Positions 32,181 through 33,419 of a stretch of DNA of 33,419 nucleotides are shown piece after piece. The DNA lies in the NCBI RefSeq assembly GCF_001194135.2, contig NC_068988.1, positions 83,613,794 to 83,647,212 of the forward strand. Direction: 5' to 3'. The position numbers and the translations under genes are program-made. Numbering within the stretch: the first letter of the stretch is position 1; each line of letters begins with the position of its first letter. Origin of the DNA: Octopus bimaculoides. Its lineage: Eukaryota. The notes below the pieces were generated by a model, which was not told where the DNA came from, did not search any database, and saw nothing but the letters and a program-made list of their open reading frames with translations.

Positions 32181-33029
32181 TGAGGGGATACCCAAAACAA
32201 ACTGGGGTTTTGTAGTAATATTTTATTCATTTAGATTTACATGTTTACACTTTTATCGCCTTCAAAGCATTCTCCATTTGAAGCAATGCATCAGTCTTGG
32301 GCATGTTTTCCACTATTTGAAGCAGCCCTGGAACTCTTGTGAAGTGATCCCTTTTAATGCCTGTCATTTTTTCTTCACCTCTTCTACATCTGCAAATTCC
32401 ATAGCACCAGCTTTCATTACCAGTGATGACCTTTGGAAAAAGGTCCAGATTAACTTCCAACTGTTCTTTCAGTTCATGATACGCATTCAGTTGTGACTGC
32501 TTTTGATCTTCTTTGAGCAAGCCAGACATAAGTTTTGCTGCAAATCTTTTCATTTGCAATTCCTTGCTCAAAATTCATTAGCAGGAGCTCCAGGAAACAC
32601 CAGTCATATCAACAAGTTTGTCAACTGTTTGGTGACAATCTTCCAATGTTGATGGTCACCCTGAACGAGGTTGGTCTTCAAGCGACAAGCATGGAAACCA
32701 CTCATAAACTTGTGTTTCACTTATGGCAGCATCTTTGTCAGCTGTTTTGAAGTATGACAACTGTTTCGGCTGCCATTTTCCCCCAGCAGAAAACTGAATT
32801 TCATGGAAGCATGCTGTTCCTTTGTCTCAGCCATCGCAAAAGTCAATGAACAAGGGAGAAGCACTGCAAAACAAAGACACACCAAGTGGCAGTATGAATT
32901 GACCGGACACCACTGGTCAGCAGACTGATACCAGAGGGTTGGATCAAATGCCTTCTAGTAGCAGAAGCCTGAACTACAATGGATTTGTCCCACAGAGAAC
33001 GTTTCCAGTTACTTTTGGGTACCCATTTG
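32181..33029 (-). mobile_element. Mariner (Tc1/mariner) element, internally deleted, with TA TSDs and ~25-bp imperfect TIRs
   Basis: TA|tgaggggatacccaaaacaaactgg ... ccagttacttttgggtacccatttg|TA; transposase remnants LGKMAAETVVIL, TQVYEWF, LEDQPRSG, MKRFAAK, VITGNESWCYG joined to ADVEEVKKK...CIASNGECFEGD. Confidence 0.9.
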
Positions 33030-33039
33030 TATAAATAAA

Positions 33040-33360
33040 GGCACATGACTCAGTGATTAGAGTGTCTGGATCACAATCATGAGGTAGTGAGTTCGATTGG
33101 GCTCTGTGTTGTATTCTTCAGCAAGACACTTTATTTCACATTGCTCCGGTTCATTCAGTTGTAGAAATGAGTTGTGATGCCACTGGTGCCAAGCTGTATC
33201 AGCCTTTGCCTTTCCCTTGGATGACATCAATGGTGGAGGGTGATATGCATGAGTGACTGCTGGTCTTCCATAAACAACCTTGCCCAGACTGATGCCTCGG
33301 AGATGAACTATCGAGGTACATCCTATGGTCATTCATGACCAAAGAGGGGCTTTTCCTTTT
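33040..33360 (+). mobile_element. tRNA-derived SINE with a conserved central domain, near full length
   Basis: A-box-like gactcagtgattagag, B-box gagttcgatt, core cagcaagacactttatttcacattgctcc, 3' end catgaccaaagagggg. Confidence 0.75.
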
Positions 33361-33370
33361 CATTATATAA

Positions 33371-33405
<35 letters not shown>

Positions 33406-33419
33406 TATGTATATTTATA

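Overview
Eukaryotic, repeat-dense draft-assembly window with nine N-gaps and abundant (TA)n/(TG)n/(TACA)n microsatellites. The SINE/MITE repertoire looks like that of a cephalopod (Octopus-type) genome; this rests on recalled repeat sequences, not a database search. No intact host gene can be supported, only a few candidate exons. Content is mostly decayed mobile DNA: Penelope-like remnants with hammerhead-ribozyme-like motifs (0.1-2.6 kb), a 3' fragment of an RLE-type (R4/Dong-like) LINE inside a (TACA)n tract, a near-complete decayed RTE LINE ORF2 (4.9-7.6 kb, minus), several tRNA-derived SINEs, and a stack of unrelated TGT...ACA LTR-like units lacking TSDs (12.8-17.4 kb; one has a perfect tRNA-Trp PBS). 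Further right are a decayed gag-PR-RT-RH-IN LTR retrotransposon (20.5-23.2 kb) whose gag/protease junction carries a stop codon, a slippery-like heptamer and a stem-loop that is duplicated at 13.5-13.7 kb, a Gypsy integrase with PPT and 3' LTR (27.7-28.8 kb), and an internally deleted mariner (32.2-33.0 kb). All identities and alignments were done by eye.
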